NCBI RefSeq assembly: GCF_964355755.1
Contig: NC_092677.1
Coordinates: 2,502,101-2,566,100, forward strand
Reading direction: 5' to 3'
DNA: 64,000 nucleotides
DNA from: Antedon mediterranea
Lineage: Eukaryota; Animalia; Echinodermata
Below the pieces are notes generated by a model, which was given only the letters and a program-made list of their open reading frames with translations, searched no databases and had not been told where the DNA came from. The position numbers and the translations under genes are program-made. Below, in pieces: positions 25,501-40,500 of the stretch; position 1 is the first letter of the stretch; the number at the start of each line of letters is the position of its first letter.

Positions 25501-28500
25501 ATTATATTTTTTCTATTTATTTACAAAAATATCCTAAATAAAACTACAGTATAATGAGACAGACACCTAAACATTTAAAACTAATCCTTCCCCTACGTGA
25601 TTAATGGAAGAGTCCAAAACATAGTACAAACCTCGTTGACATGCTTGATGATGACGAACCCTGTGACAACATAGAATTCGCTTTCTCCGTGTCCAGATCA
25701 ACATCGCTAAAAATAGATAAATTTCAAATTGAATCACTCAATTAAAACACAATAATTAAAAGCATTTTCTCTGATAGAAAGTGTACGCATAAAACACTTT
25801 AGTTGCGAACAGTTTTAGTGATCATAGCACATGAAAATAAAGGATGACATCGTAACATGGAATGCAATGTGTGATGTGAAAAAAAAAAATTTTTGATTCA
25901 ATTTAACTAGCTGTAATGTAGTAAACATTTACATATATGACTTTACAACATTTGGTTGATGATCTAATATATGTTAATAGATACAGTATAAGTCACTATT
26001 AAAATGATAATAATAATAAATATTATACAGTAATGAAAATATTATATGATTGTATGCTTTATATATTCAAATTTGTTTTCTAATTACTTCCATTCTGTTT
26101 TAAATACTTCATCATTTTGATTTAGCTTTTTGCTTGTATCTCTATTGAGATCTAGTCACTTGAAACCTACAATATCTATTATAGCTGTACTTTTTTCAGA
26201 AATTTTCCAATAATACAAAATATAGAGTGATATAATGATGATATTATTATAACAGATCCTTGTTACTTTGCTATAGTATATAGTAGATCCCTTAATGGCT
26301 AAAATGGCTGGAGATGACCAGCGACAGTGGCCTGCTCAGTCTATTTTGTTTTTAAAAGTCAAGGTCTATTAAAGCTGCTCGACAAACCACTCAATTACAA
26401 TACAATTTATCATAATCATATTTTGTGTACGCTATACAAAATACTAGATTTTTTTTTCATATTCATTGAATCAGTTTAAGCTTAAGTTTATTATAATGTA
26501 CAAATGCTGCCTTATTAAAATGTTTATTATTTAATAGGCATTTGTTCTTTATATTTGTATCCGTTCTGTTCTGTAACCCTCCTGTTATGGTAAACATTTT
26601 TTTGCTTCTGTTTGGGTTTCGAAATAAAATAAAAAAATAAATAAAAATAAAATACTGAAAATGCTTGTGATGATATCAATGAAAAGAAAACAATAGTTAC
26701 ATTACGATGTTTTACTAACATTACAATGTTTTACTAACATTACAATGTTTTAGTAACATTACAATGTTTGGTAAACATTAAAATGTTTTAGGCCCTGTTT
26801 CTGCTGCCAACTAAATACCGTATATTATACGGTATTTTTTGAATACCGTATATATACGGTATATTTTTGGCAGCAGAAACTGCGCTCATAAAAAATATAC
26901 CGTATTTTGTATACCGTATTTTCCCCACAAAATTTGTGGATAAAATACGGTATTTACAAATTTATACCGTATTTTTTGTACCCGTTTCTGCTGCCAATAA
27001 AAAATACCGTTTTTTTTTTTTACATGACAAAAGGTCACCATTCGTGTTTTTATTTTCTGTCGCTGTTAGCTGCTTTACACACATGTATAGATATATTCGG
27101 CGAAAATGTGGAGCGAATACGTCACAGTTTTACTAAATAAATGTGTGTGGGGAAGCTAAAATGTCTGACCAACTAAAAGGTAATAAAAGGGACAACCACA
27201 TTTATAAAGACATTTCTAAAAAAATAAAGCAGGAGTATGGAATAAACTTGTCTCCAAAGCAAGTAAACTCAAAGCTGAAGAGCCTGCGAAAGCAGTACAA
27301 CATTGCAAAATACAATAACTCGGGGAGGGAACAAATTAATTGTCCCCATTACGATGTTTTCTGTGCTCTCACAACATCTCTATCACTAGGGCTAGGCTCT
27401 TGAAAGTGAGACGTAAAACTTCCTTTATTGCGACTTTTAATTATCGATCAAATAAATGAATGGCAATTTGGGTAAAAAAGATGAAATTTAACACGACCAC
27501 CCAAGAAGTATTGTTAGCAGAAACGGGGTACTAAAAAATACGGTATAAAAAATACCGTATTTTTATACCGTATTTTGAGCAGTTGCAGCAGAAACAGGCC
27601 CCTAGTAACATTACAATGTTTTAGTAACATTACAATGTTTTAGTAACATTACAATGTTTGGTAAATATTAGAATGTTTAGTAACATTACAATGTTTGGTA
27701 AATATTACAATGTTTAGTAACATTACAATGTACATAACAATTATATATTTATTGTACATTACAGATTTACATCATGCAGTGTGTATTGATATACTAATTG
27801 TTCAAATTAACATTTTATAAATTATGTTTATATCTAAATAATTCACATTAAACATACATTTAATTGAAAAAAATTAAATAATTGTAATATTCATACAAAT
27901 ATTTACATGCATATACTTAACATTAATGTGCAGTGTACATGAACATTCATGAATAATTAACATACATAATTATATTAACATATAAACATATTTTATCTTT
28001 TTAAAATTTACACTTCATGCTTGGTAAATTTGTCAGTGGTACTATGGGTTTAATGTGGTACCCTAAATATTGTAAATAATTATTCTGAGTTTCTATGGTA
28101 TATTAAAGAATTTATATAAATATTTAGTTATTAATAATAATATACTTATATATCCTATTTATTTTGTAAAACTAGTTTTCCAGAAAAAGATGATAATGTG
28201 TCATATGCAAATTAGGAACACCTGTTTTACAATGTAAATGTATGACATGAGAAGATAATGAAATCAAAGAATGGGAAAATGACAAACATTTAAATGAAAT
28301 AAAATAAATGACATACCGGTAAATATAACTACTGTACAGAAGAAAACAAAATGGAAAGAGGATCACAGAAATAAAGTGATTCAGTAAGAAGGAAAGTAAT
28401 TCAAAGGAAGTACATATACAGTCAACTCTCTCAATACCGGACACCTTTGGACTGGCCGAATATGTCTAGTTTTCCACAAAGTCTAGTATTTGTTTGTGTT

Positions 28501-31500
28501 TTTAATGATAAAAATGAATTTGGAACCTTTAGTACCTCACGAAAACTCTGATATTGAGATAGTTTACAGTATTCAGATAGTACAGTATTGGAAGAGTCGT
28601 CTATATTACAAATAGAACAAATAATTTATAATAATAATTTATTTGTTTTAACTACAAGAAGGAATGAACAGACAGTAACAATCATCAAGAAGGAAGACTT
28701 TCTAAATTTAGTGGTAAACTAAATCTCATTGCAAACAAAAGAACAGTAACCTTGGAGGAACGAATCAAGAAGAAGAAGAAAATAGCATTAACAGAAGTGT
28801 GTACAGATAATGTACTGATGATAATGTTTATGTATAAAAATAACCCAAATAATAGAACCGATTCAAAGATTATCAATCTATTTATTATTTTATTTATTTC
28901 TACTTTAATAGATTTTAAACGTTCCAAACCCACGGGCAAGCTTATATCCAGAGGCCCTTTGTCAAATAATTTTTTTTTGAAAAACATAAATGAATAAATA
29001 AAAATATTACTTGCTGAATATAATCCCATGGTTGCGTATAATCCCACCCACTAATTTAGACTAAAACCTTTATCCATTGTTAATACAATTCGACGTATAT
29101 TTTTTAAAGAAATGTCGTCATATTTAAATGATTACAAAATTATTATATTTTAAAAACATATTTATTTATTTAAAAACTCCATTATAATTATGTCATATAA
29201 ATCATTTACAATAGTTTATATTTTATTAAAATCAAAGCATACTCATGATGTCACACTCCTTATTTGGGTTATTTTAAACAAGGTGTAGATTATTTTATTC
29301 AGTTAAGAGACACAAAAACATAAGGAAGGTTGTTAAAAATTCTAAAACTTTGAAAATACATGAAAGTATGAAAAAACGGTGTGAAGGGAAGAAAGGAAAT
29401 GAAAGTATTAAAAAGTATAAAAACTAGAAAAAATTAAAAATAGCATACAGATCACCAAAGAATATATGCATAGTATTTGCATATATTTACATAAATTTGA
29501 ATATTAATGAGTGCAAAGACAACAACTAAAGTGAGTGTAAAACAAGACTTACTCAACAGAACGACAGTGTGAACGGTCACTGGAACTTTATTGTGTAAAT
29601 ACAAATAAAAGGAGAAACAACGCTGTTAAGTGGATGCAAGCAAAATCACCATGACTAAACTATAAAAACATTTGTTTTTGCTTTTCTTTTATCAACAACA
29701 AATTATATCTCAAAAATTTAAACCGGGAATGGATGTAAAAATGATTCTACTGCAGTTAAACTACAGTAATAACATGTCTTTACTGCTTTAAAGCTTTGTC
29801 TACACTATCAAACTAGCATGATAAAAAAGTGTGATGTACCCAAATAGTAGTGATATGCCTAAATATGGTAGTGATGACATCATCATGTCCATATATTGCA
29901 CTTCACAGATAGTGTCTGTAGAAAGAGCTTTATGTATGATTTTAGTTTATTTCAGAAGTTTTTTCGGAAGTCACTGCAGTGGATAGTTTCTAAAAAAAAT
30001 GTTTCCCAATTGCATAACCAGGTTAAAGAGTAAAGTGTAGTTACTGCATTAACTGCAGTAGAATAATTTATTTGTATTATAAAAATTAGAATTTAGAAAA
30101 TGAATGGTTTAAAGATTGTGAAGTTTTTACTAAAGAAAAGTGCAAAAACATTAATGTTCCATAGTATCATTATTACTACATTGTTACTACACACCATGCC
30201 ACAAAACCACTATGTGTAATTATAATGTTGTGTTTTTATAATCAGAAAAAAATCAAACCATTAGAGAAAAAAATGAACATTAGTAATTGACAAACTAACT
30301 AATCTATAAAACTACTTTTGATTATTTCTTCAATTTGGTTAAGTTTGTTTTTGAAAATCATGCACATCTTGATAAAACAAAAACATTACATTAATATCAT
30401 GTTTAGTTTCTAGAATTAATTATGGTAACACTGTTTTCTTTTTTATTTTTTTAATCATCCAAGTCACATAATTCTGCCATTTCTCAACTTTTTCAACAGC
30501 AAAATACCTTTTTATTTATATTCTTTCACATTCAATCAAGAAATCACACCAATAATAGCAAATGAAATGAGTATGGAACAATCCTATGTTTAATAACTGA
30601 ATGGAAAGGGTTTGTTTGTGGTTTTTATTAATATCACAATATTTCAATCATTGTTGAGGGATTTAAAAACATCAACATATCACAAGTGTCGTTTGATACA
30701 CTCAATGTATATATCTCACTAATGGACTGCTAACGCTCACAGTTAGCGCTTTCAGCCTGCTAGGCCTTCTCCTGTATATCCACATTACATGTAATGCAAT
30801 CGGCTAAGTGTATCAATTTAGGTTTACTTGCTGCCTCGTAAAATGTTTTTCTCCTCATTATCATTAAGTTTCAAATTAATTTCATAATAGCGTTATTATT
30901 CTTCGATTCGGTTTAATAATTAACATTTTTCACAAGTCTGTCATTCCGATTTCCAAATGCCAATGGATACCGATTATTAACTTAGTTAAAGTTAAAAACA
31001 AAAAACCCACAAATTCAGATATAAATTTAGATCGTACACATTTAAATATGCATTTATTGGGGTTGATTTCCAAGGAAAGACTTTTAGAAAGATCGCATAA
31101 AATTAGATCTTAAAAACTGCAAAACAAAAAAAATTTACATTTTAATGAAGAACTGTGTCAATCTCTAATAACATTTCAATGAATAAATTAGCAATAATTT
31201 TCAAATAAAAAAAAAATTAAGATGAGAATATAATATAAATGTAATACTTTTCTAGAAGTTAGAAAAAAAACGAGTTTGTTGGCCTTTTCGTTAAAACTCA
31301 ATCTATTCATCAACATATTTATCATAATTTTCCATAATAAAGAGATTTACACAGAATCTCTCGTTACAAGTTTTTTTCTCATTTTTTTTGTGTTTTTTTT
31401 TTTGGAAAGATATTGATGACAAAAAAGTAAGGCGATATATGCACTTACGTAAGAACTAATTTGAAACTTAACACCAATATTCATTACCTAAGTATCATGT

Positions 31501-34500
31501 TGTTTTACTAAACAGACCTATTTATATGACATTATTCATGCATTATCATAATGTCAATCACCTAAATATAAGCAAGTGATTTAGTGGTAAGTACACTTTT
31601 CTTCATATAAAAATTATTACGTTTATAAATATATTTTATTATTGAAATATGATTATATTGTTTGAAGGTTTGCATGGCGAAATCAAATGTTAAATATCAC
31701 TATTTGTAGATACATCTCTCCATCATTTTAAATAAAGCTTAAGGTAAAAATGTTTGAAGGTTTGCATGGCAAAATCAAATGTTGATATAAAGTTTTCGGT
31801 ACACCACTTATATTAGTTCTGAAAAGAACTGTTTCTCAACGTTGCGATCAATATGCTTTGATTGTCCTCAGGAGTGAGAATGCAGAAAGTTCAGGAAACT
31901 GGGAATATGAAATAATATTACCACCACACGTGAGCCATTACCAAATAACTGCTACCATCACAGACCCAACTATTATCGCTACCAAATCACTACTACATAA
32001 ACCAGAACCAACTCCACCACCACCACCAATACCTACTATCTCTACCACAGTTTACCAACTCCACCACCACCACCAATACCTACTATCTCTACCACGGTTT
32101 ACCAACTCCACCACCACCACCAATACCTACTATCTCTACCCCGGTTTACCAACTCCACCACCACCACCAATACCTACTATCTACCACGGTTTACCAACTT
32201 TACCATAAATACCATTACCAATCATACAGATGTGCTCTTTTAAAGGGGATACATGCTATAACAAATAAAGAATTTTAAAAACTCAACAAAATTAATAAAA
32301 ACCTACCTTTTTGAACGCCTTCCATGAGTTGCTTTTATTTTTTCCTCCCCCTAAAATAATTCAAAAGTGAGTAAACATCGTCAAAATAAGAAATCTATTG
32401 AAAATACATCATGCAGAAAAATAAGTAAATATTAGTAAAAATATTTAATTTATTCGCAAAATTCAACGACTCATTCAATCTTAATTTGCATAATGTGCAA
32501 ACTTTATCATGCTACAGTACCCCAGATACAATTTGCATAAATCAATTTGCATAAATCAATTTGCATATAAAATGTTAATACACTCTTTTACAAAACCCAA
32601 GAATAATATATATTTGCAATACATTTTGCTTATATAAAAGAATGTACCCAATGGAGCAATTGAACATACAGTATATAATATAACCGTGTCTTCTAAGACA
32701 TATTTAGTATTATTTTATAATTATTAGAAGAGTATGATAGTGCTTGTCTTTGTTTCGGGAGCAGAAAAGTTGATGCGGCTATTTTTTAATTGATCTCTTA
32801 CGTTGGTCTGCTTAACTCAAGGACCAAAATGTTAGTCCGCGCAGGTAGAGACTTAATTTCGATTGGCGATGACATATGACTCAAGATCTACGCATGTTAT
32901 GCCGTTGGTTATATCTCATGTTCCTCTGTAAAACTTACGCCAAGGAATTGAGCAAGGACGTTCCTATTGAATGCGCACAGTGAATTAACATTACCTAACC
33001 AGTCCTTACATCTTAGCTTGTTACATATCACAAATCTCAATAATAATGAATTATTTGATTTGAAGTGTTTGTTTGTAAATGTGTACAAGTGTTCTGTCGT
33101 ATACAAGTGTTCTGTTGCATACAAGTGTTCTGTTGCATACAAGTGTTCTGTCGTATACAAGTGTTCTGTTGCATACAAGTGTTCTGTTGCATACAAGTGT
33201 TCTGTTGCATACAAGTGTTCTGTTGCATACAAGTGTTCTGTTGCATACAAGTGTTCTGTTGCATACAAGTGTTCTGTCGTATACAAGTGTTCTGTTGCAT
33301 ACAAGTGTTCTGTTGCATAAAAGTGTTCTGTTGCATACAAGTGTTCTGTTGCATAAAAGTGTTCTGTTGCATACAAGTGTTCTGTTGCATACAAGTGTTC
33401 TGTTGCATAAAAGTGTTCTGTTGCATAAAAGTGTTCTGTTGTATACAAGTGTTCTGTTTCAAATACAAGTGTTCTGTTGTAAATACAAGTGATCTATCGT
33501 AAATACAAGTGTTCTGTTGTAATTATACAAGTGTTCTGTCATAACTAGAAGTTTTCTAGTGTTCTGTTGTAAATGAGTTCTGTTGTAAATTTGTTCTGTC
33601 GTAAATCTAAAGTGTTCTGTCACAGAAGCATGTGCATTTTGTTATAAATGTGCATTCTGTTTTAAATGTAAGTGTTCTGGGTCTAATGAGTTGTAATCGG
33701 CAATATACATCTTGCGGCGCTTCAGGGAACAATGATTACTTTCAAAATACCAATCACTTATAAAATGTACGATAAACTTGTTAATCTGGTCTTACTCATT
33801 AAAAACCATGTATTGATTAAGTCAATGTACTTAAGATTTAAGTCCCAAAAGTAATGGTGGTAGAACAAGTTTACGCATTTAACCTTCCTTTCAATCATTT
33901 TGTTATATATTTTGTTTGAATAATTTTATTTGTAAATAAAAGTGAATCATATTGGTGTAAAACAAGGCAATCAAACAACAGGACACTAAGCTCGCCTTGC
34001 CAAGATAGGAACTCGTAACAGTCCTTTGATCTTATGTCTGGCAGCAACAAATACCAACAGTACTGTACTAGGTACATATTCTCCATAGCTTGTGGTGTCT
34101 GTTAAGGGTACTGATCTTGTCGCATCCACAGATAAATAATTTGATCTTATGTCTGACTGCGACAATACCAACAGTAATGTACATATTCTCCGCGGCGCGT
34201 GTTTTTTAAGGGGCGTGGAAGTAATAGTGTCGCCGCCACAGATAAACCTTTTGATCAAAATCCTGTTGTTACGATTGCCTTGGTTGAAATATAACAAGTT
34301 TTATATTAGTGTTTATCAAAACGATCACGTTTGATATGAACAGTTATACATTAATATTATATATACTTACAAAGCATTAAGGCTTATTACACATTTGAAT
34401 GTCACAATTATCTTATAATAATGATCAAGTAACGATGACTTTATTTCTGTGCTAATAATACATATATATATATATCTAATTATCTGATGTTTCACAAAAT

Positions 34501-37500
34501 TTATATTAAGTGTTATTTGAAAACAATGAAGATAAAATAAAGTTTGAGTGTACATTATGAATTATAATAATATTGTAAATGGAATGATAATAGTAGATAT
34601 TGGAATAGTTATTGGTATGGAAATAGAGTGCCATCCCATCGCTTACATTGAATGGGATAGATGGAATGGATTGAATGGAATGAAAGAAAGAAGTAAGGGT
34701 GGATGGATGGATGGAATGGAAAGAGGAATTAGTAGAATGGATGGCTCACAGGGTTTGGGGTAAATGGCAAAATAAGCAATGTGGTCATGTTACAAGAGTT
34801 GTCAAAACAATATAGATTATCTGATAAAACTCCTAGAAATAGCAAGCCTTTTGCCATTTCTCCCTGACTGATTACCTTGTCGTCAACAGTAGATATTGGA
34901 ATAGTTCTGGTATAGAAATGGTGTGCCACCCCTCGGATTGAATGGGATAGAAGGGATGGATGGAATGGAGGGATTGAATGGGATAGAAGGGATGGATGGA
35001 ATGGAGGGATTGAATGGGATAGAAGGGATGGATGGAATGGAGGGATTAAATGGGATAGAAGGGATGGATGGAATGGAGGGATTGAATGGGATAGAAGGGA
35101 TGGATGGAATGGAGGGATTGAATGGGATAGAAGGGATGGATGGAATGGAGGGATTGAATGGGATAGAAGGGATGGATGGAATGGAGGGATTGAATGGGAT
35201 AGAAGGGATGGATGGAATGGAGGGATTGAATGGGATAGAAGGGATGGATGGAATGGAGGGATTGAATGGGATAGAAGGGATGGATAGAATGGAGGGATTA
35301 AATGGGATAGAAGGGATGGATAGAATGGAGGGATTGAATGGGATAGAAGGGATGGATGGAATGGAGGGATTGAATGGGATAGAAGGGATGGATGGAATGG
35401 AGGGATTGAATGGGATAGAAGGGATGGATGGAATGGAGGGATTGAATGGGATAGAAGGGATGGATGGAATGGAGGGATTGAATGGGATAGAAGGGATGGA
35501 TGGAATGGAGGGATTGAATGGGATAGAAGGGATGGATGGAATGGAGGGATTGAATGGGATAGAAGGGATGGATAGAATGGAGGGATTGAATGGGATAGAA
35601 GGGATGGAGAGAATGGAGGGATTAAATGGGATAGAAGGGATGGATAGAATGGAGGGATTGAATGGGATAGAAGGGATGGATGGAATGGAGGGATTGAATG
35701 GGATAGAAGGGATGGATGGAATGGAGGGATTGAATGGGATAGAAGGGATGGATGGAATGGAGGGATTGAATGGGATAGAAGGGATGGATGGAATGGAGGG
35801 ATTGAATGGGATAGAAGGGATGGATGGAATGGAGGGATTGAATGGAAGGAAAGAAAGAAGGAAGATGGAAAGACGGAGAAGATAGATTGAATGATAAACT
35901 TGTGACTTAATTATTTCTCATAATAAAGTTTCAGTAAAGTTTTGTTAATGAATAATAAAGGCTGATTATAATAATTCCATGAATTCTTATTAGATATTCA
36001 CAAACACATGAAATGTGATGGAATAATATAGAAAGCTTTGTCAGATACGGTAGTTTTCTAAAAAATCAGATGAGTTACGTCATTGACTAAAGAGGCTTTA
36101 TGTAATTTACGACAATAGAAGTGTTTTGCAACCAATTTGGTGTCGGGTTTTCAATGAGTTTTCAGTTTATGAGTCAGACTAGAAATAATATTATTACTGA
36201 GTTTGTGATTTAATATTTAGGACACATTACATTATTATATGTTTAAAAACTAGTTTACAGTTCAGCCGGTATAAAATATTAGAATTTTCTTGTAACTGTT
36301 AATGTGCAATATATTTTCTTTTATAGTTAAGAAAATCATTAATATGTAATCAAATCAACTTTGTATCAATTTGAATGCCTGAGACACTGTACTTCAACTT
36401 TGTTTCGACAAGACCAACTGGCCAATTGACAAACCAAAATTCTATGAAGGCGTTTATACAAGATTTGAGCTACCAAGAAATTACTGATATCAACAAGACT
36501 AACTGACCAATTGACCAATACACACAGTATTCTGCCGACAATTCTATGAAGGCGTTTATACAAGATTTGAGCTATCAAGAAATTACTGATATCAACAAGA
36601 CTAACTGACTAATTGACCAACACTTACAGTATTCAGCCAGAAATTCTATCAAGACATTTAATACACAATTTAAGCTACCAAATAAATGATAATTATGATA
36701 TTGACAAAATATTCAGCAGAAAATGTAAGACATTTACACAGAATTTGAGCAACCAATAAACGACTGAAATCAAACTAACTGACCAATCGACCCTTATTCA
36801 GCCGACAATTTCATAGAAAAGAGTACAATAACATCTTTTATTAAACGTTAAATCATTTTTCATTCCATTTCTAAGAAGTATATGAATTTCTTAGTTAAAA
36901 GAAATCATAAGTGCAAACAAATGTTAATACTATATAGCGATGAACTAAGGAAGTACATTATATATTCATAGAAAACTTAAGTTAAGTATAAACTAAGACG
37001 AGCCGACTAAATCCAATCGACTCTACCCATTATAGCATTAAATGGAAAAATAAAAACCTGATAAAATAAACTTGGGAATCATTCAAACAAAAATTATAAT
37101 ATATGTTTCTTTTTTATTATGAATATTAATAAAAATAATAATAATAATATCAAGATGGTCATGTGACCATGTTAAACCAATCGAAGAACTTCAAGTCTGT
37201 TAAATTAAAATAGATGTTTATTACGTGTCATGTGTCTACCACAGTACTTGACAGATAGCCCCTTGTGCCTGCCATTCTGCGGTTATTTACCCACAAAGCT
37301 TGAGGCTTTGTAGTTTGACATGGGTGACACTCTCGCTAAATTTATGGCGTATTCACTAGTAGGCATGTGCCAAATATGGGCATACATTGTGATTTATCCT
37401 ACGGCATCTGCAGCTAGTGGCACGCTTTCAGCCACAACAAATTTCAATCACATTAACGACTCTAAATGCATAAAGTGAAAAATGGCGTACCACAAAAATC

Positions 37501-40500
37501 TAACTTTAACTAAAAATTCACTTTCTCTTTGCACATTATTTTGGCAGAAATAGTAAGTTTTGTTAACAAACATACAACTGTTACAAAATTATTACAAAGA
37601 ATTTTCATTTTTTGTTGTTTTTCTTGATACATTATTTATCTATTCAAATCAGATAGTATTGTAAAAAAAAAAAATCATATTTTTAATTTATAAAAAGAAT
37701 GTATATAATCAATTTAGTATTTGCAATTCTACTTTTGTAATCTGTTCTGAAGTAATTTCAGTCAATACGGCACCGTTTTATTCATTTTAACATGTTAGCT
37801 CAATTGCTGTCATGACAACATGATACTAAAAAAACATTCATTGAACAGACAATTTTTAAAAGTACATTGTAATTATTGAAGTATTAATTTTGTTTGGCCA
37901 ATGGCCAACGTATAACCTTCATTGTCTACTTTTATTGCAGAACAAAATACAAATTCATTAATAGCTAATAATTTGTAATTTAAAATAAATAAATACATTT
38001 TGATTTTAGGTTAAAACATTAATTATGATCCAAGTAATTGTTATTGAATTAAAAAATTAGATTACTATGAAATGACAAAAAACGCAAACCAAATTCTATA
38101 AAACTATATTCCATAGTATTAAAAATATAATATAATAATGTATAATTAATGCTAGATTCTTCTCGGTACATCATCCCTATTATTAAAAAACATTAAACAA
38201 ATATTTTATAAATCAAATTGTTATGTGCTTATGTCTTGGCCCTCTAGAACAAACCAGACTGGAAAAATTATTTATTTTGTTTTAAAAACTTATTGTATTT
38301 TCTAAGATATGTTAAAAAGTTATAAACCAAGATTTGCATATTTCAAAATGTATCCTTTTAACAATAATAATAATTATTATTATTATTAGAATTATCATTT
38401 TATCATCCTTAATATGAACAAAAATTATAATTATCCCAATAAATTATTCATCTTCAAACTTCAGTTGACCTAATTAATAAAACAATGTTTCATAAATAAT
38501 ATAAAACAAAATCTGTTCTTTGCTCAAAATTAAAACAAGTTTGAAATGAAAATCAAAATTATTATAATAAATTAAAAGGAAAAAAATGTTTTAGAATTTA
38601 CTAAAAAACTAAATCTAAAAGAACTAAAATATTTAACTTTTAAAATGTAAACACAACTTATAATAATAAACACAAAAAAAACATATTTTAATTTTATTAT
38701 ATTATTATAAATATTAAAAAAATATACGTTTCATAATATAAAAATACATAATTTTCAATTTCAAAATGTTTAAAGTATTTATTAATTAGAAAATACTTTT
38801 TTTATATAACTTTATGAAACTAAATTTTTTTTAAACATCAGAAAAAAATAAACATATACCTTGAATAATATATATAATCTAATTTTAAAATGTAAAATGC
38901 TGGAGCTTTTATGGGTAAAACCTTTAATCTGAAAATGTGTAATGAACTAGTAGCCTAAGCCGAGTAATCTATCATCTACTACCAAACTAAACGCATCTAC
39001 TTTACCAAACGGCCGAAAAGACAAAGATAAAAAAACACAAATCATATAAATTCGGCGTCACATTACCTGGAGAGCATCAGAAAAAACTAATCAAACCTCA
39101 CTGAATAAGACATTATAAATTCCTGACTGTGAATTGCCAGCAATGATTAAAAAGTTTCCAAAAATTTCCTCCAATTAATATAATACCTCAGAAAATCTCA
39201 AAAATTCTTTCAGGTCTCGGCCCCAACGTAGCACGGGCGGCGAAGTTTTCACCATGCTTGGAAGTTTCTTATTGAGAAGCTGTTTAATAAGCTGTAGTAC
39301 TTAAAGCACAGCCCAAGCAACGAGTATCCAATAAGGGTAGTGATAAAAATTACTCTACGCTAACCTCTAAAAGAGACGACCAGCGTCGTAAGCGGATATT
39401 ATACATCGTTTAAGCTTGTTCTGCTGAAGTTGTTCATCCGTGGCAGTAAGGCCTAGAATCTCATGTCAGAGTATATAGAATATTGATGCTGATGCTGCTA
39501 ACAGAGTTAGTATCTCGGATGTTTAATCCCAACAAACGGTACACGATAATGGTTTGTTTCAGTCTATTCTCTGGAGGATTGTGAACGAACGGCTACCTGT
39601 GATAACTAGCGTTTAAATTAAACTGCAACGATGACATTGACTTCGTTTAAAAAGAAGTAAATAAATAAACAGATGCGGTAACAAAGTAATCAGAACCTGT
39701 CTATTATTTGCAAGTTATACAAAAAAGTGACATTCAAACATTGTCACCTAAATACTTGTCTACGAGCTAATTGACTTGTCATTTGATTATCATTATTAAT
39801 TATTATTACAATATTTGTAAATGAATAACAATGTCAAACAAATAATAACTAATATTAAATTTTCTTTTGTTTTATATTGAAATAAAAAAATTTAAAATTC
39901 CACTTTCTTTTTAGATTGATAAATAATGTGTAATTTGTGAATGTTCATATTTTGTAAATTTGGTTAATAAATTTATGTTTATATGTTTAATGCATAAATA
40001 CATAAATAACACGCTAATCTAATCTATACATATAAAACAGATTAAAAAAACAATATTACAAACCTAAATCCAAATGAAAATGACTATATAATTTAATTTT
40101 GAATAAAAAAAGTTTGAATTAAAAGACCTTTACTATAACTGTAATTTTAATGCAAAATAATTTTTTTTTAAATAGGGAAACATTATGGGACTATTTTCAA
40201 GATTAGGTACACAGTTTAAAAAGTACCTCAAATTAGTGGTTGGTGAACCTATTGGGTCATTGTTTATAATTTAGTGGGAAGAGCTTAAGTTTATCTAATT
40301 TAGTGGGAGGAGCTAAAGTTTATCTAATTTAGTGGGAGGAGCTAAAGTTTATCTAATTTAGTGGGAGGAGCTAAAGTGTATCTAATTTAGTGGGAGGAGC
40401 TAAAGTCGATCCAATTTAGTGGGAGGAGCTAAAGCTTATCTAATTTAGTGGGAGAAGCTAAAGTTTATTTAATTTAGATGGAGCTAAAAAATATAGCACG

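Noticed and set aside
32909-33502. Repeat ORF ending at an in-phase GGC|gtaagt donor (32939) as a possible first exon
   Set aside because: No in-frame ATG before the upstream stop and no good acceptor; the ORF comes from the 18-bp repeat.
37291-37387. Alternative first exon (MYAHIWHMP...)
   Set aside because: Donor is phase 1, incompatible with the phase-0 acceptor at 32350.
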